The position numbers were made by a program, and so were the translations under genes. From positions 2,767,972-2,831,971 of the forward strand of contig BDGG01000005.1 of the NCBI GenBank assembly GCA_001949185.1: a DNA stretch of 64,000 nt, given 5' to 3'. The notes beneath the pieces are model-generated. The model did not search any database and had not been told where the DNA came from. It saw only the letters and a program-made list of their open reading frames with translations. Origin of the DNA: Ramazzottius varieornatus (taxonomy: Eukaryota; Animalia; Tardigrada). Shown here in pieces: positions 23,688 to 37,500 of the stretch (position 1 is the stretch's first letter; every line of letters starts with the position of its first letter).

Positions 23688-25021
23688 TTTCTGGACCTAG
23701 CTCATCCCCCTTCCCTCGGCTGAATCTTTGAACTTAATGAAACACCAACAGACGTGAAGCTTTTCTGGGAAAACTCCGGCTGCACCAACATGCATGAAGT
23801 GAATCATTTGTTTGTATTTGAGAATGATTAACATGGGCTGACCGTGGAAACTTCCTCTTTCTCTCGAGGCAATGTTGGGAGCCTATAATTTCTACTGTGA
23901 GTTGGTCCCGAAACAACCTTGAATGCTTGCCCATCTGGCGGCTTTCTTAAACTTAGGTTATCATCTCAAAAGATCCTGTGACTAAACTGCTGACCGTGTT
24001 CTATCTCGTTTAGAAATGGGCGTACACACGCTAGGCGACCGTAAACTGCATCTTCACTGCAAATTTCGTTCAGAAATATCTCAAGATCTTTCAAATCGTC
24101 GAGGGGAGAAACGGAGACATGGACCCTCGGTATGACGAGCTGTACGCTATCCTCGATCGCGATAAGCGTAGCCAAAGAAAATAAACAAAGGGCAAGAGAA
24201 CGATCTCTTACGTTTACTTGTAATAGACCAGCGCACGGTGCGAGCGAGTATTACGGAAAAATTGCAAAGTTCTTCCTGAAAGCATCCTGTTTGTAGTTTA
24301 GGCGTATTGAGCAATTGTGAAAGCAATTGCGAAAGGAAAAGAAGCCTGCAACACCCGGTGCTCTCAAGCGGTCACCCGTTCCAGGACTAATGACCCCTTG
24401 ACCGACGAAGCTCACTCGGTGGTTGGAGTCCATCGTCAGCTTCATCTCTTTGAAGACCTATCAAATGTGCCATGCGTAGAACAACGAATCCGCCCTTTTG
24501 CCAGTGACTGGGAAATGATCGGATTTGAAGCTGATTAGCGGCTTAGTCTCGGTATCCGTTTGTGGGACGCCGGTTCTCCCCTTCGAACTGCCTTTTATGT
24601 AATTATCATCAAGATTTGGCTCTAAAAGTTGAAGCAACGAAGCACCTTTATGGTTAGTTACAAACGACCTGTCAGCTTATTCTGTGTGCCGTTGGTCTAG
24701 GAAACACGGTTACGTCTATTCAGTTATTCATCTTGACAATTAAGTACCATAGAGAGTGCTACTGTATTACGCCGAAATCCCTCTTCCAGATGTGCGCGCG
24801 GAATCAGTGGATAATACAAGCCCCATTAAGTATCCGGGTGGCGGAAAGTGATCATTGGGGGAGGTGGCCCACTGTCAACACCAGAGACAAAGGATCCCGC
24901 CCGTCGGTAGCGCACGGTTGTTGAAAAGTGCTCTTCGGATGTCGGCCCGATTATTGCGATCTCAGAGCCCACACGGTAAACTGCAACCGGAATCGTATAG
25001 GGTAGTGAACGTTCTACACTG

Positions 25022-28000
25022 TTATTTCAGAACTAGTGTATAGCGGCACTTACGGTCTGATTCGGTTTCGATGGTGGAACTGCTGCTGACTGTGTGGACA
25101 CTGGCTGTGGCTGGCCGTGATGGTCCGCTTGTCGGTGCGAGCCTCATCTTTCGTCGGTTGAAGAGTTCTTTGCGCATCCCGAGAACGGTGACAACTAAGA
25201 TAGCGACACCCTGCAATCCGCAGAAGACGCCGACCAAAACGTACATTGCCATTTTTCCTTCCGTCGTACGACCGACAGCGTTCAGGATTAGGAACAGCCA
25301 CGAAAAGCCTAGTATAAAGAATAGGCTGATGCAGCGACGTAGTTGCGTGTTGAGGTCTTCTTCGCTTCTTGTGGATCGAACATAATCCTTCTTCGTACAC
25401 GACACAGCTAGCATGAAAAAAAATGAACAAAAACTCAGTCCTTCATAAGTTGATCGGTTATGTTTGCTTTCGACTAGAACTAACCTCTAATGACAAGGAA
25501 GAAAACAATCAAGCTGTATAGAAGAACCAAGCAGACCGGTGTAAGAAAACCTCCGTAGAAAGCACCGCCACCACTTCTTGTATCGAGCCAACATCTGTAG
25601 AGAGGGATCGATCACAGAAACGATGGAATTTAAATTCAGTAAGCGACTCACGTGGTAACACTAAAGTAGCTGTGGTAATCGACTATGAGGACAATGGAAA
25701 CGATGGCGAGCGGTATTCCCCAACAGAACAGCAAAGTTTTGGATCGGAACCGGTGCATATGGGCGTTCGACAGCGTGTTGAGGAAAGTGGTCTGAAGAAG
25801 GTAGGCTTCGACGGCTTGCCAACCGAAACTGACCAGAAAAAAGTAATGGATGAACGCTCCTTGCGCTACACAGGGTGCGGGTGCCGTTACATCATTCTTC
25901 TGATTAATACGTGAAAGCATCGTGGTGGACAACAGAAGTAGTGCTATGCACAAGTTGAAAATCACGAACTGGTTTTTGGTGAAGACTCTTGGATGGGTGT
26001 TGATGTACAGCCTACGATTGCAACAGCAACTCGTAACGCGTAATGTTTGAAACTAGAGTCAAGCTTCCTGTTAGGATCCCCTACTTTGCGTAAATCAAGA
26101 GGACAATCGTGCAGATAAGACCGATGATGGACATTGGCAGCGTAATAAAGGTGATCATGTGTATCGCGTATTGCAGGTTGGCAGGAAGAGGCTGGTTCCC
26201 GTGGGCATCGATCATTAAAGCTAGTGAGAAAGCGGTAAGGTGGTTACATTGACAAACGACGTGGCCTTGGTGGTACTTCACGAAATGACAACCGTCGGTC
26301 TGCCATTCGCCGTAGCTGCTGTTAGCGAGCGGGTTCCAAAAGACGCACACGTATTTGCTAGAATTTCTCAACTGAAACCAAAACGACCAAGCGATGTAAA
26401 TATCTGTTCATTTGAACCTCGTGTTCCCCGGTTTGAGCAGATGTTCTCAAAGTTTACGTAATCTTACAGCTTCCTCTACTCGAGTGGTAATGGTGATGTT
26501 GTCCTGCCAGTTTATGATCGGAGCAGTGTTAGAGAAAGAAGCGGCAACGACCCACGATGCTAATTGGTACTGGGAAACACTAGGTGGAGATACCGGGTGA
26601 CCATTAAGACTGATGTTCTGTGTGTTGAGGAAATCGGTTGATCGAATGACCAGAAAGTGGCCTCGTACTGGTTTTCCACTATCCTGGCGAACTGAAAGGA
26701 AGGAACAGATTCAGTACCTAAATAGCTAGAAGCCAAACGCATGGTTGTATGTCAAATGGCATGTGGTACGTATACCCGACTTGTTGAGGAGATGCTCGGC
26801 GAGCGACGTGGGGAAAGCCATGCTGACGTTGACAGTGTCTGGGTGAGCATGCGTTCGATTCTCAGTCTTGGTCAAACCTGTAGAATCTGCAGTAAACCCG
26901 ATGGTATCATTGTGCGACGATACACTGAAAACTGACACCGACAACATTTTGCGTTCTACCGGCCGGTGGTCAGCTGTGTCGACAAGAGCTGCTGCACTGC
27001 CCATACTGGAGAGGAACTGGTTCGAACTGCCATAGACACTCTGCGCGGTACCGACGTTGTTTGGACGGTCTAGCTGTAGGATGCGATTGATCACGTCATA
27101 AATGTTGTCAAAAGACGACTGGGGAATGGATGATAATTTCGGGTCAGTGTTAGACTGGAGGATCTGTCCTATTAAGCGCAGATCGACAATGGAAAAGTTC
27201 GTCTCATTCGACACTGTTTTGTTCAGGGTGGACAGTTGCTCGGGTCCTGGTGGAGAGTTGGCTTGAAGGTTCAAGAGACTCGTAGTGAGGGGAGAAGGGG
27301 GAACGATCGGGCCCGTACACTTTCCTTCGACGAACTTTGAGGTGAAACCGTGCTCGCGGTTTCCAGTGCAGTCTCGACGGTACGGCGTTCCTGGACAATA
27401 CTCGACTGGGTAATCGAAGCTCCGATTCACGACATCCGGCTTGAATTCAAGCCATCGGAATGTGAGGTTGCTCTGCACAAAGTAATGGCGCTCGTTCCAG
27501 CACCCACCTAAAACAAAGGAGCAGTAGCAAATGCCAGGCTCGAAAAGGGTCCCGTATGTTCATTCTTACTTGTTGATTTCATGATGACTGAAGATCCCGA
27601 CAAGTTGTTCTCTTTGGCCGACTTTACCAGATGTCGGTCCAGTGAGTACATTAGCCGATCGACAAGAAATTTTTCTGACGATGTCAGGTCTTGGGTAGCT
27701 CTGGCCATTTCGGTTGGTGAGATTGAGGAATATGACGGTTCTTGTCTTTCAGCATCACGTTTATTTGGTTGCGGACCCGACATTGACATATTTATCTTCC
27801 GAACTGCCAAGAGTCCTGATAAGGTTACTTCTTTGTCTGTAAGTTTGTTCGTCTCTTCTAACTGCAGTACCGTGAGAACAATGGATGATGAGCCGTTTCT
27901 CAGGTATTGTTGCAACTCGTGAGAGCGGTTCGATGTGTGGAAGTCTACAGTAAAATTCTCCACGGCGTTCAGTACGAAATTCCACAGATTGTCAAAGGGA

Positions 28001-30514
28001 TGAAAGTTCGGGGTACCAGCAACTTGCAAAGAAGCGGCTGTAATATCCAAAGATGAATAGATCTGGAATGGGTATCTCAGGAAGCTGTCCTCGACGTAAA
28101 TAGGGTCCGACCACACCTGTAGAAGTAAATTACACTACGATGATACTTACGAATCTCATTGGAAACAAATTGCTGGAAAATGACCAGCCTTTATTGATAT
28201 ACTTACCCATTGATTGGTGGAGGAAGAAACAGCCCCGCACTGATAATATCCAGCAAACCGAAGTAGCATGTAGTCAGATGGTAGACCGATGTCACCGAAG
28301 TACTGTGTTTCTGTGGAGGGTACACATGGGGGTACCAGCTGTCCTGGACCTATGGGTACTCCGTACGCAAGACAAAAATTCTTCTCTGGATTTTGTGGTG
28401 CCTCTGGCCGAAAACCATTCTGGAAGTCCATTCTGAACTGATTCCCCGAAGAATTCCCTATAACTTGGTCTAGATTCAAGTGATAGGTCAAGTAGGGTCT
28501 CCAGACCGATGAATTGTATGTAAACCAGGATGATAGGAAGACCACCGGACTGTCGAACAGTGTTTCGTTTTCTGGAATGTCACAAGTCAGGAGCGGTATC
28601 TCGTCTGGGTGGTTTGCCCATTGAGAGTAACTATCGTAGCCTTTTCTGATGGTCACTGCCAAGTTCACCGAATCACCCGGTGGAGTGGTCGTAAGCCTGG
28701 TTAAATCTTTCTGACATACGACGGAAGACCGTTGCAGCGTTCCCAAGCTCGATTGGTTTGAGCAGGATCTACGATACCAACCCAAGAACGAGTTTCCTTC
28801 ACCCGACAGCAGTGTACTGATTTTTTCCGGGGTGAAGAGCTCGAGAGGCAACTGCTGTCGTTCTTCCAGACATTTGCCGTCATCCCCAATAATACTGAGG
28901 AGGAAGCGCAACGGCACTTGTACACCATGCCCATCTGGTCCGTCCCAATACCATGTCCCGTTTCCACCGTTGGCTTCCGAACCATTAACCCACACGGCTC
29001 CTACCCAGCGCCCGAGTTCTGTTCCAACTACTCCAGCGACTACGTCGTCGAAGAAGCGAGAGTAGACAAATTGTCCAACGCTTCGACTTTGGTAAAGAGT
29101 GGGAAAGGCAGTTGATGGCTGCAGAAATGAACTGTATTGCTGACAGGATTCTTTGGCGCCTTCAAAAGACCAGCCTTTTGATGATTCTAGATCTAAATAT
29201 TTGGTCATGTAACATGTGGTACGTTCGGGTCCTTCCACCACCCAGTGCGACATTCCCAAACCTCCAGCCGGATGGAAATAGGCGGTGTCGTTCGGGAACG
29301 GGAAAGCTGTGTAACAGTCCTTATCTGTGGGAAAAAAGTGTGGACTATGTAAGCTGCCAAATATCCAGCTTTATTCAATAAAAGCGGAAAACACAACCGA
29401 ATACCGTCCGTTACATAGAACTCACATTTTTTCTTGTAACCATCACTCACTAATTGCAGGCCCTCAGAATGCGTCGAATACGACCATGATGTCATCAGTC
29501 TAGCTCGTCCCAATTGTGCTGCGGTGAAAACCGCATATTCTTCGACATTGAACTCGCAGACAAAAGATGCTGTAGTCGAAAAGGAGGTGTTCGGCGGGTT
29601 CATACAGTGAGAAGTAGATAGGATTTCAGGACAATATGGTTCGAAGCTGGAAGGATGTGATCTGGTAGCAAATAAACAGCTGTCGCCGAGTTCACCGTGT
29701 TCGGAAACATTTTGGTCTGGCTGCAGTGCAGTTCCAAGCATACTGTTTGATAAAAGAAAAACTAGATAGAACAAGCAAATTCTGGAACAATTGCTTCGCC
29801 AATGGAGTCCTACCTTCTTGCAAACTGAAGCTCGCTAGCTCGATGTACTGCGTGCAATCCTTCGTTTGCAGTAATAAAATTTCCCTTTGCTGGATAAATG
29901 CTTTCGCGGTACCACATTCGGGATCGCACTTCCGATTCGTTCCTTTTGATTTCCGTCGGATATTGTACCGTGGGCCGTAAACGCCAGTTCAACCAGTACG
30001 TAGTCAAATTAGCGAAGTGTGGGACCTGGACCAGCGGAGCAGACACGAGTACAGCTTTATCTTTACGACATATGCGATCAGCCTCCACCCACGTCACGGG
30101 TAGTGAGTAAACTTTGTAGCATGTCGCACTCTTTGTAAAGTACACAAAGTCCTTTGGACAGAGTCCATCCGAGTCCACCAGAACTGACTCTGGCACAGCG
30201 TCCGGCACGGGGCTTGTGGTGGGTTTGGATGTGGGTTCAAATGAAATAGGGGTCGTCGTTGATACTGACGGAGGTGAACCCGTGGATGTCAAAGAAGGGT
30301 CTGTTGTGCTGACGGGCGCCGCCGTCGAAAAGTGTAGCGTTGTGGATGTAGCTTCAGTGGTGTCCGGAACTAACACCGTCGTAGTTGCCACGATTGTTGA
30401 TGCATAGGCTGGGGAGTCTTCCGTCGAGCTCGTCGTACCCGCGATCTGGCAGCTGGAGAAGTGAACGATCGAAAGGATGATCAAACAGCCGTGGAAAACG
30501 CGCTGTCCATTCAT
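25022..30514 (-). CDS. Adhesion GPCR (signal peptide, Ser/Thr mucin stalk, C-type lectin-like domains, GAIN/GPS, 7TM)
   Basis: GPS motif CVFWNP..GEWQTDGC..CQCNHL|TAF; secretin-type helices (FNLCIAL, HYFFLVSFGWQAVEA, CWGIP, LGFSWLF, GLQG); CTLD start CPKDF..CYKV..TWVEADRIC. Confidence 0.9.
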
Positions 30515-31086
30515 CCTAATAAGCAAAAGTTCCGAATTGAAGTACCGTGTAGTCCTCGACCACATCAACTTGAAGCCAAATGGCCTCTGTCCGGTCAGCC
30601 TACCACAACGAAGACAACCTTTGGTGGATTTCCGGACATTCTTGCAGACCGAGCGGGAATTCAGTTACAAAGTCAACGAAGTTAACGCACTACACTCCTA
30701 CCGCACGAGTGAGACACTTTTGTTACAAGAATACGGAGCGATTCGCTCCGGTTGACAATTCAAAAGTTTTATGGGAAGGCGTGTAAGTTATGACAGACGG
30801 CGGTTCCTCGGCGAGGGGCCTCGGCGTACAACAAACAACAACAGGTGTTACGGCATTAAATGCCGCTATAGTGTACGCTGCATCCGCTCAATACAGTCAT
30901 AAACAAATTTCAATTCCTCATGGTCCACTGCGCCCTAAGCTGTCTGGCTAAGTTCGTGGGTATGCATATGTGTGGTTGTTTGCGCTGAACTGTAGGACTC
31001 AATGCTGATCGTATCCGGGCCACGCGATCCACATATCAGAACAGCTGGACAATATACAGTAATTTGAAATGACGTGATGCGCGAAT

Positions 31087-31775
31087 CTAAAATCGGTGCT
31101 CGGTTGGCACAATTTTGAGTTCTCGAATGTTGACATGGGGCGGGGTTCCCAAGATGTAAACCACTCCGTCAGCCCCCTCTTGAGGTGTCAAAAGCGGGCA
31201 GGATGCAACCTTTTCCAGCCGGTCCCTCTCTTCCGGGTTCTCTTTCGCAACGAGATCCCGAATGCCAGTCTTGACGTGGACTGGGCTCAAACTCTAATTC
31301 AAAAGACGGTTGCACTGCACGTCCAACAAACAAAGCTAAAGTACCTTCGGAAATTTCGTACCGTAACTTTGATCTGACTCTTCCTCTGTCTTTGCTCCGC
31401 GTTTAAGGATTTGGTCAGGGCGGTGACCATATGCTTTGTTCCAGAGTAAAAATGAGTGATCGGTAAATTAGCAGCAATTTCGTGTCCAACTAAACTACAA
31501 ACGAATAAAGGTGCCCAATGACAGCCGAAAGATTAAACCTTCAAGAGATTTCTGTACATAGGTAGAGCATACGGGAGAACCTGTTCATATTTATGATATG
31601 TCCATCGTTCACTTGGTACTTGTTCATGAGACGAAGCGCTTCCCTCCTGCATATTGATAACGCCAAAACATTCATGTGCAAAAAAGCCAGCCGTTTGATT
31701 GACAGAAGAACCGTGTATCCGAATCATGACACCATACATCCAGCATATTCCGCCATTTTTCCGTGTTTCCGGTGA
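31087..31775 (-). pseudogene. DHRS11/farnesol-dehydrogenase-like SDR, 5'-truncated (4 exons)
   Basis: Exons encode ITGNTEKWRNMLD / MNVLALSICRREALRLMNKYQVNDGHIINMNS / LVGHEI..HFYSGTKHMVTALT (YxxxK) / SLSPVHVKT..ILGTPPHVNIRELKIVP. No N-terminal TGxxxGxG exon was found. Confidence 0.75.
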
Positions 31776-32002
31776 TGTAACTGACGCTGCGCCGCTGGGG
31801 CTGAGTAGAAAAAGGCCGAATGAGGTAAGACGCAATTACGTCACCGGAAACATGCTATAATACAGCCTATGTGAGTGTGATGCTGCTAAAGTTTTATCCA
31901 GTGTGTTGCTCGGCAGCGGCGCTTCCGAACCATTCTTCATGGCGCCTGATTGTGTGTAATTTGTCAAAGCGCTTCCTCAGCTAGAGAAAGTATTCCGCAC
32001 TC

Positions 32003-32821
32003 ATGGATCCTCGAGACATGCACAATCTCCTGCAGAACAGGATGCAGTGGCTCAATTTGCACGCGCATGTCCTGTGGCAACCAAACCTGGACCCCGACGC
32101 AGAATGGGCTTTCCTTTGTGATCCCTTCATGAATCCAGCGGCTGCTCCTGCTCCACGAAACCCACCACAGCCCCCGCAGCAACTGGTGGCAGAAAGTTCT
32201 GCGGGAAAAGAGCAGCTATCATCGCTGGAAACGGAGGACGAAGACGTGCCAGTGGAAGACGATCCATTCCCCATCACGAGCAGCCTCACCTTCAACGATT
32301 TGCATCCGTGGTTGGTAGAGGAATGCGTGAGCTTCTTGCGCTTCACGAAGCTGTGTCCGTTGCGCAGGTGAGGATCTAGAAAATTTTGCAGAAGGGAAGA
32401 AAGCTTGGGTATGTACCGATGAAGTGCAGCTGCAGGGTTTACGGCACAGGTTTGCCGATCGCAGGGGTATCTGGCACAACCTTGAATTGTGAGGGTACGG
32501 AGCACGGCATTGTGTTAGTGTCACCAGGGCCGTGCCTCACGTTTTGTTTTCTGTTGCAGGGTTTCCCGATGGTTCAACAGTATGATTCTGGATAGCTCGA
32601 AGCTGAACGATAACATTGTGGATTCATACGAGAATTACAACAAGTTCATCTGCTACTACGACCGTTACCTGGCATCTACGTACCTTCCGGTACGCAGCTT
32701 GATCATTTACGAGAAGGTCCGCCGGAACAAGCAGACGCAGATGCGTCTGGTCATTCGAGAATGGCGGTCCCCGAAGGCGAATCCCTTAAACTTCAGGCAG
32801 ATTAGCCAGCCAAACTACTGA
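32003..32821 (+). CDS. Small F-box protein; exons 32003-32368 and 32560-32821
   Basis: The spliced sequence TFNDLHPWLVEECVSFLRFTKLCPLRRVSRWFNSMI matches the F-box consensus. Confidence 0.7.
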
Positions 32822-33641
32822 CTGACCTAGAGCCTGGTGATCTTCCAGCGGTGTCATTGTTTCCCATAACACTATATAATCTAATTTTTCTCTGTTTTTC
32901 TTCAGAGAGTTAAACTCTTTTTCCTGTTGACAAAGAGTCTAATTTCTTTCCAGTGTATGCCTCACCGTGTAGATTCGCGTGGTAAGCAACCGGTATACCG
33001 CTAGAAATCTTAATGGTTCTCGCGTGCAAGATTTTTGCTCGTTTCACATTTCGCTGGTGATCTTCTGGGGCTTTTTACGATGTTCGTTTTCTTCGAGTAA
33101 TTTGTTTTAAAAGGTAAACCTGTCCCGGTGTTCCATTGGATTAACGGTAAATCGGACTGGCTATCTATAATCAATAGCACTCTGAGATGGTGTACGGTGC
33201 AATGGCAACCTTGAACGTAAACCTACCTTCAGGCCATGATGTCTTTGAAGAGGTACGCAAAGTGCGTTGCACTGACCGGATCCGCGTAGCATCGTTTCTC
33301 TTTAATTACTGAGCCTGCTGATTGACTGGAAACAATGCGGTGGTTTGTCAAGAGTCGAGAACATGTGCGACACGTTTGTAGCGAGCGTCTCGAGAAGACG
33401 GCTCGAACAATGTGACGATTTAACGGTCGATCTTGTATCTCATCCAAACTGATTTCCCGCGGTAGAGTGTTGGGCGCATTGTTTCATCCTGTTTGCCCTG
33501 GAATATCGCACCCTGTTAGAAATCTGCTGTGTCGTACGCATACATATGCCGAACTTTGAAATGGACTCGAATAACTATGCTTCTCAGATCCTAATTTTTA
33601 TGTTGTTGTCCGTTTTATATTGCTGCAGCGGAGTTCCTCTC

Positions 33642-34352
33642 ATGAATATGGTAAGCTGACATTTTTGAGCTCAGACCACTTCGACGTGGGCAATTTGTGA
33701 TGAGGCTTTCTGCACCACCTTAGGCAGAAAACACAGCTCAAGACACCAAGCCAACAGCCGCCGAACCTGTCAACAACAGCACAACGGATTTGCTAGCCAG
33801 CCATCAAGATCTCCATCCGGTAAGCTGATATTTTCACGGCTTGAGTGCTGTCACACGATCATTTACTTGATCGACTCGTTGATCGATTTCGTCACCTTTC
33901 AGATCCGGGTTCCTGACGACGAAAGCAACCTAGCCAGTAGCGAAGCCAAGACTCCCGCGTCCCTGTCGCCAGTTGTTATCGGACTAACGGTGGATGCCAT
34001 GAAGAAGGAACTACAGCTTGAACGGCCTCTGGACATTTCCATCGTCCCCAGTGTCGGAAGTCCAACAGCGGTGACTGTCCCCAAGCCCGTCGACGAAACG
34101 ACCCTCAAGCCAGCCATGACCATGTTCCACAACCCCAACGCCACCAACTACGACAAGCTTATGCACAATCTGGGCGTCGCACGACCCAACCCCGATGCTC
34201 CCACCATTCAACACAAGACGGAACTGGGGAGTGCACCCATTGTCCTACCCAAAGGACCTGTCATTCCTAGTGTCTTCTTAGCCTCAGCGAGTACCACACC
34301 TTTAGCTATAGTTGCTGCAGCGCCAAACGTCCCTCAATCGCTTATGATCTGA
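33642..34352 (+). CDS. Uncharacterised Pro/Thr-rich protein; exons about 33642-33650, 33724-33819, 33903-34352
   Basis: Phase-0 GT-AG joins keep the frame open and codon usage resembles neighbouring genes. No recognised domain. Confidence 0.4.
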
Positions 34353-34524
34353 AATTCCCGTCATAAAACGTCTCTTTCCGTTTACTTTTGACTCTTTTGC
34401 ACATAGTTTTGTTGGAGTTCCATGAACGAAATTATTCTTGCAATTGTCTCCTGGCAAATTTGTATTGATAGTACCGTACGAGTATGACAAAGCTGAGATT
34501 CAAAGGTACGTTGGCAAAGCAATT

Positions 34525-37500
34525 CTAGACAAAAGCGTAGTTGAGTTCGGTCGAGGCGCCACACCATTTGACCAGGAACCTCCGAACGTCTTCTAGCTTG
34601 TCGCTTCGTGTACTCTGGAAAAACATTGACAATTCGTACAAGTCGGAGTCTTCGCTCGATAGTTGGTCGAGTGACGAGAGACGGATTCTGGCACACCCAC
34701 CCGAATAGCCTGCAGGAATCGGTTTAGGTCAACTTTGCGGGCGTATCGACCTGCCGTTCCCAACTTGATCCCGTTACTTATGACAGGGAGACCAGTCAGG
34801 ACGCAGGGTGGGTATCTGCCACCGGACAGCGAAATCACGAACAGCCCACGCTCATCCTTTTGCAGCTCGAATTTTAGGTTTTGGTTCAAAGCCGATTTCA
34901 GGATCCAGGTCTTAACTGCTTCGTACTCCGCCTCCTAGAAAGACCAAAACAGGTGTAAACTGCCACACACTATAACTCGGTACACTCGTACTAGGAAATA
35001 GTCAAATATACCCCGCTCGCACCTGCCATCTCGATGAGAAAAAATTCGAACTGCTACATACTGGTTGATGCTCTCACTTTCTCCATACAACTTTTCAGGC
35101 TGCTTCGACTGAGCCATGATTCGTTGTTTTATACTCACGAGCAGCTTAAGAAACTTGACAAGCACGACTTCCGGTGGGGAAGATCTCCCGCCGCAGATCG
35201 AATGCAGTCAGTCAGTCAAATTCCACGTTCGAGCTTTCATTCCCAAATGAATGTACAGTAAACAGACTCACAGCTACGTTACTGGTCGGAAAAAGCAAGA
35301 AAGGGTATGAAAGGTCCGAATGAACTTGGCAAACGATTCAAAACCGTCGAATTTGCCCGTTTTGCCGAGAAAACTCGTTTCTGGCAAAATTCCTGGGTCT
35401 CATCCAGAACGGCACATTTATGCTTCCAACCTCTCTCTCTCTCTACAGCTCGGTTGTTGTTTTGATGGTTCTGAACAACTGTCCCGCGAGATATCAACGG
35501 AAAACTGAGAAATGATTTTTCAGAAACGGTCCAAGAAGCGGCAAAAGTTGGTGCATTTTTCACTCTTCATCTCCCCGAGTTTAATTTTTTCACGAGGATT
35601 TCATACCAGAAAAATTGGTTTGGAAGTGAAACACTAATCCACTCGAGACAGACTTGATTTTATAAGTTAGTGCGAGCGGGCCGTAGTTCTCGGCTACTGT
35701 AATATATCACAAGGATGAGGAAGAGGATGAGTCTTCGATGATTTCTTTCTACGATACAATACAACATATTACGGAATTCAGATTCTTACCGAGACGGAGT
35801 GTTCGACGGGAATAGCTACATTTGTCGGAATATCCGCTTCGGCGAACTGCGAGTAGTCCACCAAGCCGATGTTCTGACGGATAATACACTCCCTCCAGTC
35901 CAGGTAGGTGTTCATCACCGAGTCTGCCGTACCGGTCCAGTTGAGCTGTTGAGCTGCTCGACCGGCATCATAGAAGGCCTTGTCGGGGTTGATGACGTCC
36001 GAGTAGCGTAGAAGGGACAGAAGAACCATCCAGCCCATTTCTTTCGTGGCCTCTTCGCAAATCAGGGCATAATGGGCCGCGTAGTAAATGGCGATTTGAA
36101 GGTACTTGTCAAACTCGGCTGTGATGCCGATCGACACTTCCACGCCGCCCTTCAGCAAATTCTCACACTGGAAAAAAAGTTCCGTGCGGAAATTGCGTCT
36201 GGTTCTGATCGAATTTCGTGTTTTGTATCTTTTTAGTCCCCGTTTCAACTGACGGTAATGTTACGGAGTAACAGCATTTTTCTACGATGTTTCGCCATTG
36301 ACTTACAACAGTGTACATCAGATCACGCAAGCTGACCCACGTTCGGAAGCCGTCGTTGACATTCGGATACGACTTGGCCACGAATGCGCAAAAGACATGG
36401 CGGTACAGGCCCAGAGTGCCTTCCGTCACCGGCGCGTTGTAGTTGGCCATCATCTCCACCACCTTCACGTCTTCTCCACCCTTCAACAGTATCAGCCCAT
36501 ACTCGTACAGGTACTTGGCCAGCAACTTGACGTTCCTCGTTTCCAGCATCACTTTCAAGGCCTTGTCCCACTCGCTGTTGCGAGCGTACATCTCGGCTGC
36601 AGCGGAAGCGTCCACCGAAGCCAGCTGCTCCACTTTACCTTGTGTCCGCAGAAAGTCCCGATACCTTTGCAAAAACATGGTAACCATCAAGTCACGTTCG
36701 CTTTGCCTCATTCTGGCCAAACGTACCGTTGATCGAGGCTTCTAGAGAGGTCGCTGTTGGCTTGACGTGAGACCAAAGCTCGAGCCTCGTCCCAACTGCC
36801 GCTGTCCATGAAGGCATCCAGAGCTTTACCGTCCTCGTTGATTTCGGCGAAGGCGGTAGCGGCCAGGTTCGGACGGTTAAGTTGCAGATACTTTTGCGCA
36901 ACCAGGCTGACAGACGACCGAGCTTCGTCTTCCGTCAGGAAGGACAGAGAGACTTCTCGAATGCGGTTGCAAACGCGGAGAAGCATTGCCGAATCCGACA
37001 GCGGCGCATCATTGATATCTACAGTACACAACGACGCGAGAAATTATCGTAGATATACTGTCTAAAGACCATCAACACTGATGGACTGACACAACGAATT
37101 CTCCGTATGTTCAGATTCGAAAACCAGTCGTGGACTTGGAAGGAATCTGGTGGCATACACTACGATTGTTTTTTCTTACAGCGAAGGTACAGCTGGACAG
37201 CACCAGCGTAGTCCGACCGTTCTTCCCGTTCGCGAGCTTGTTTGACCAGCTGGTCACTTGGCTTGGCAGTTCGTGGTTGAGCAGTTCCGGCACGCCCCAG
37301 GTCCGCTTCGATTGTCTGTAAGTCGCCTGGACGATATTGACGCGCTAGGCGCAGAGCCTCATCGTACATGCCTTTTTCCTGCGAACAACCAGCAAACCAT
37401 TCCGCTCGGTACCATCACAGGAATGGCATATTTCAGTGTTCGCCGTCAAACCTTGTACATGGTGATGGCGTAGTCAGCTCGGTTTATTTTCAGCAGTTGC

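Noticed and set aside
35707-35748. Short in-frame exon KEIIEDSSSSSSL* that seemed to end IFT172 early
   Set aside because: The conserved C-terminus is present in exons at about 34934-34701 and 34615-34525, so the gene is not truncated. There is no evidence the short exon is used.
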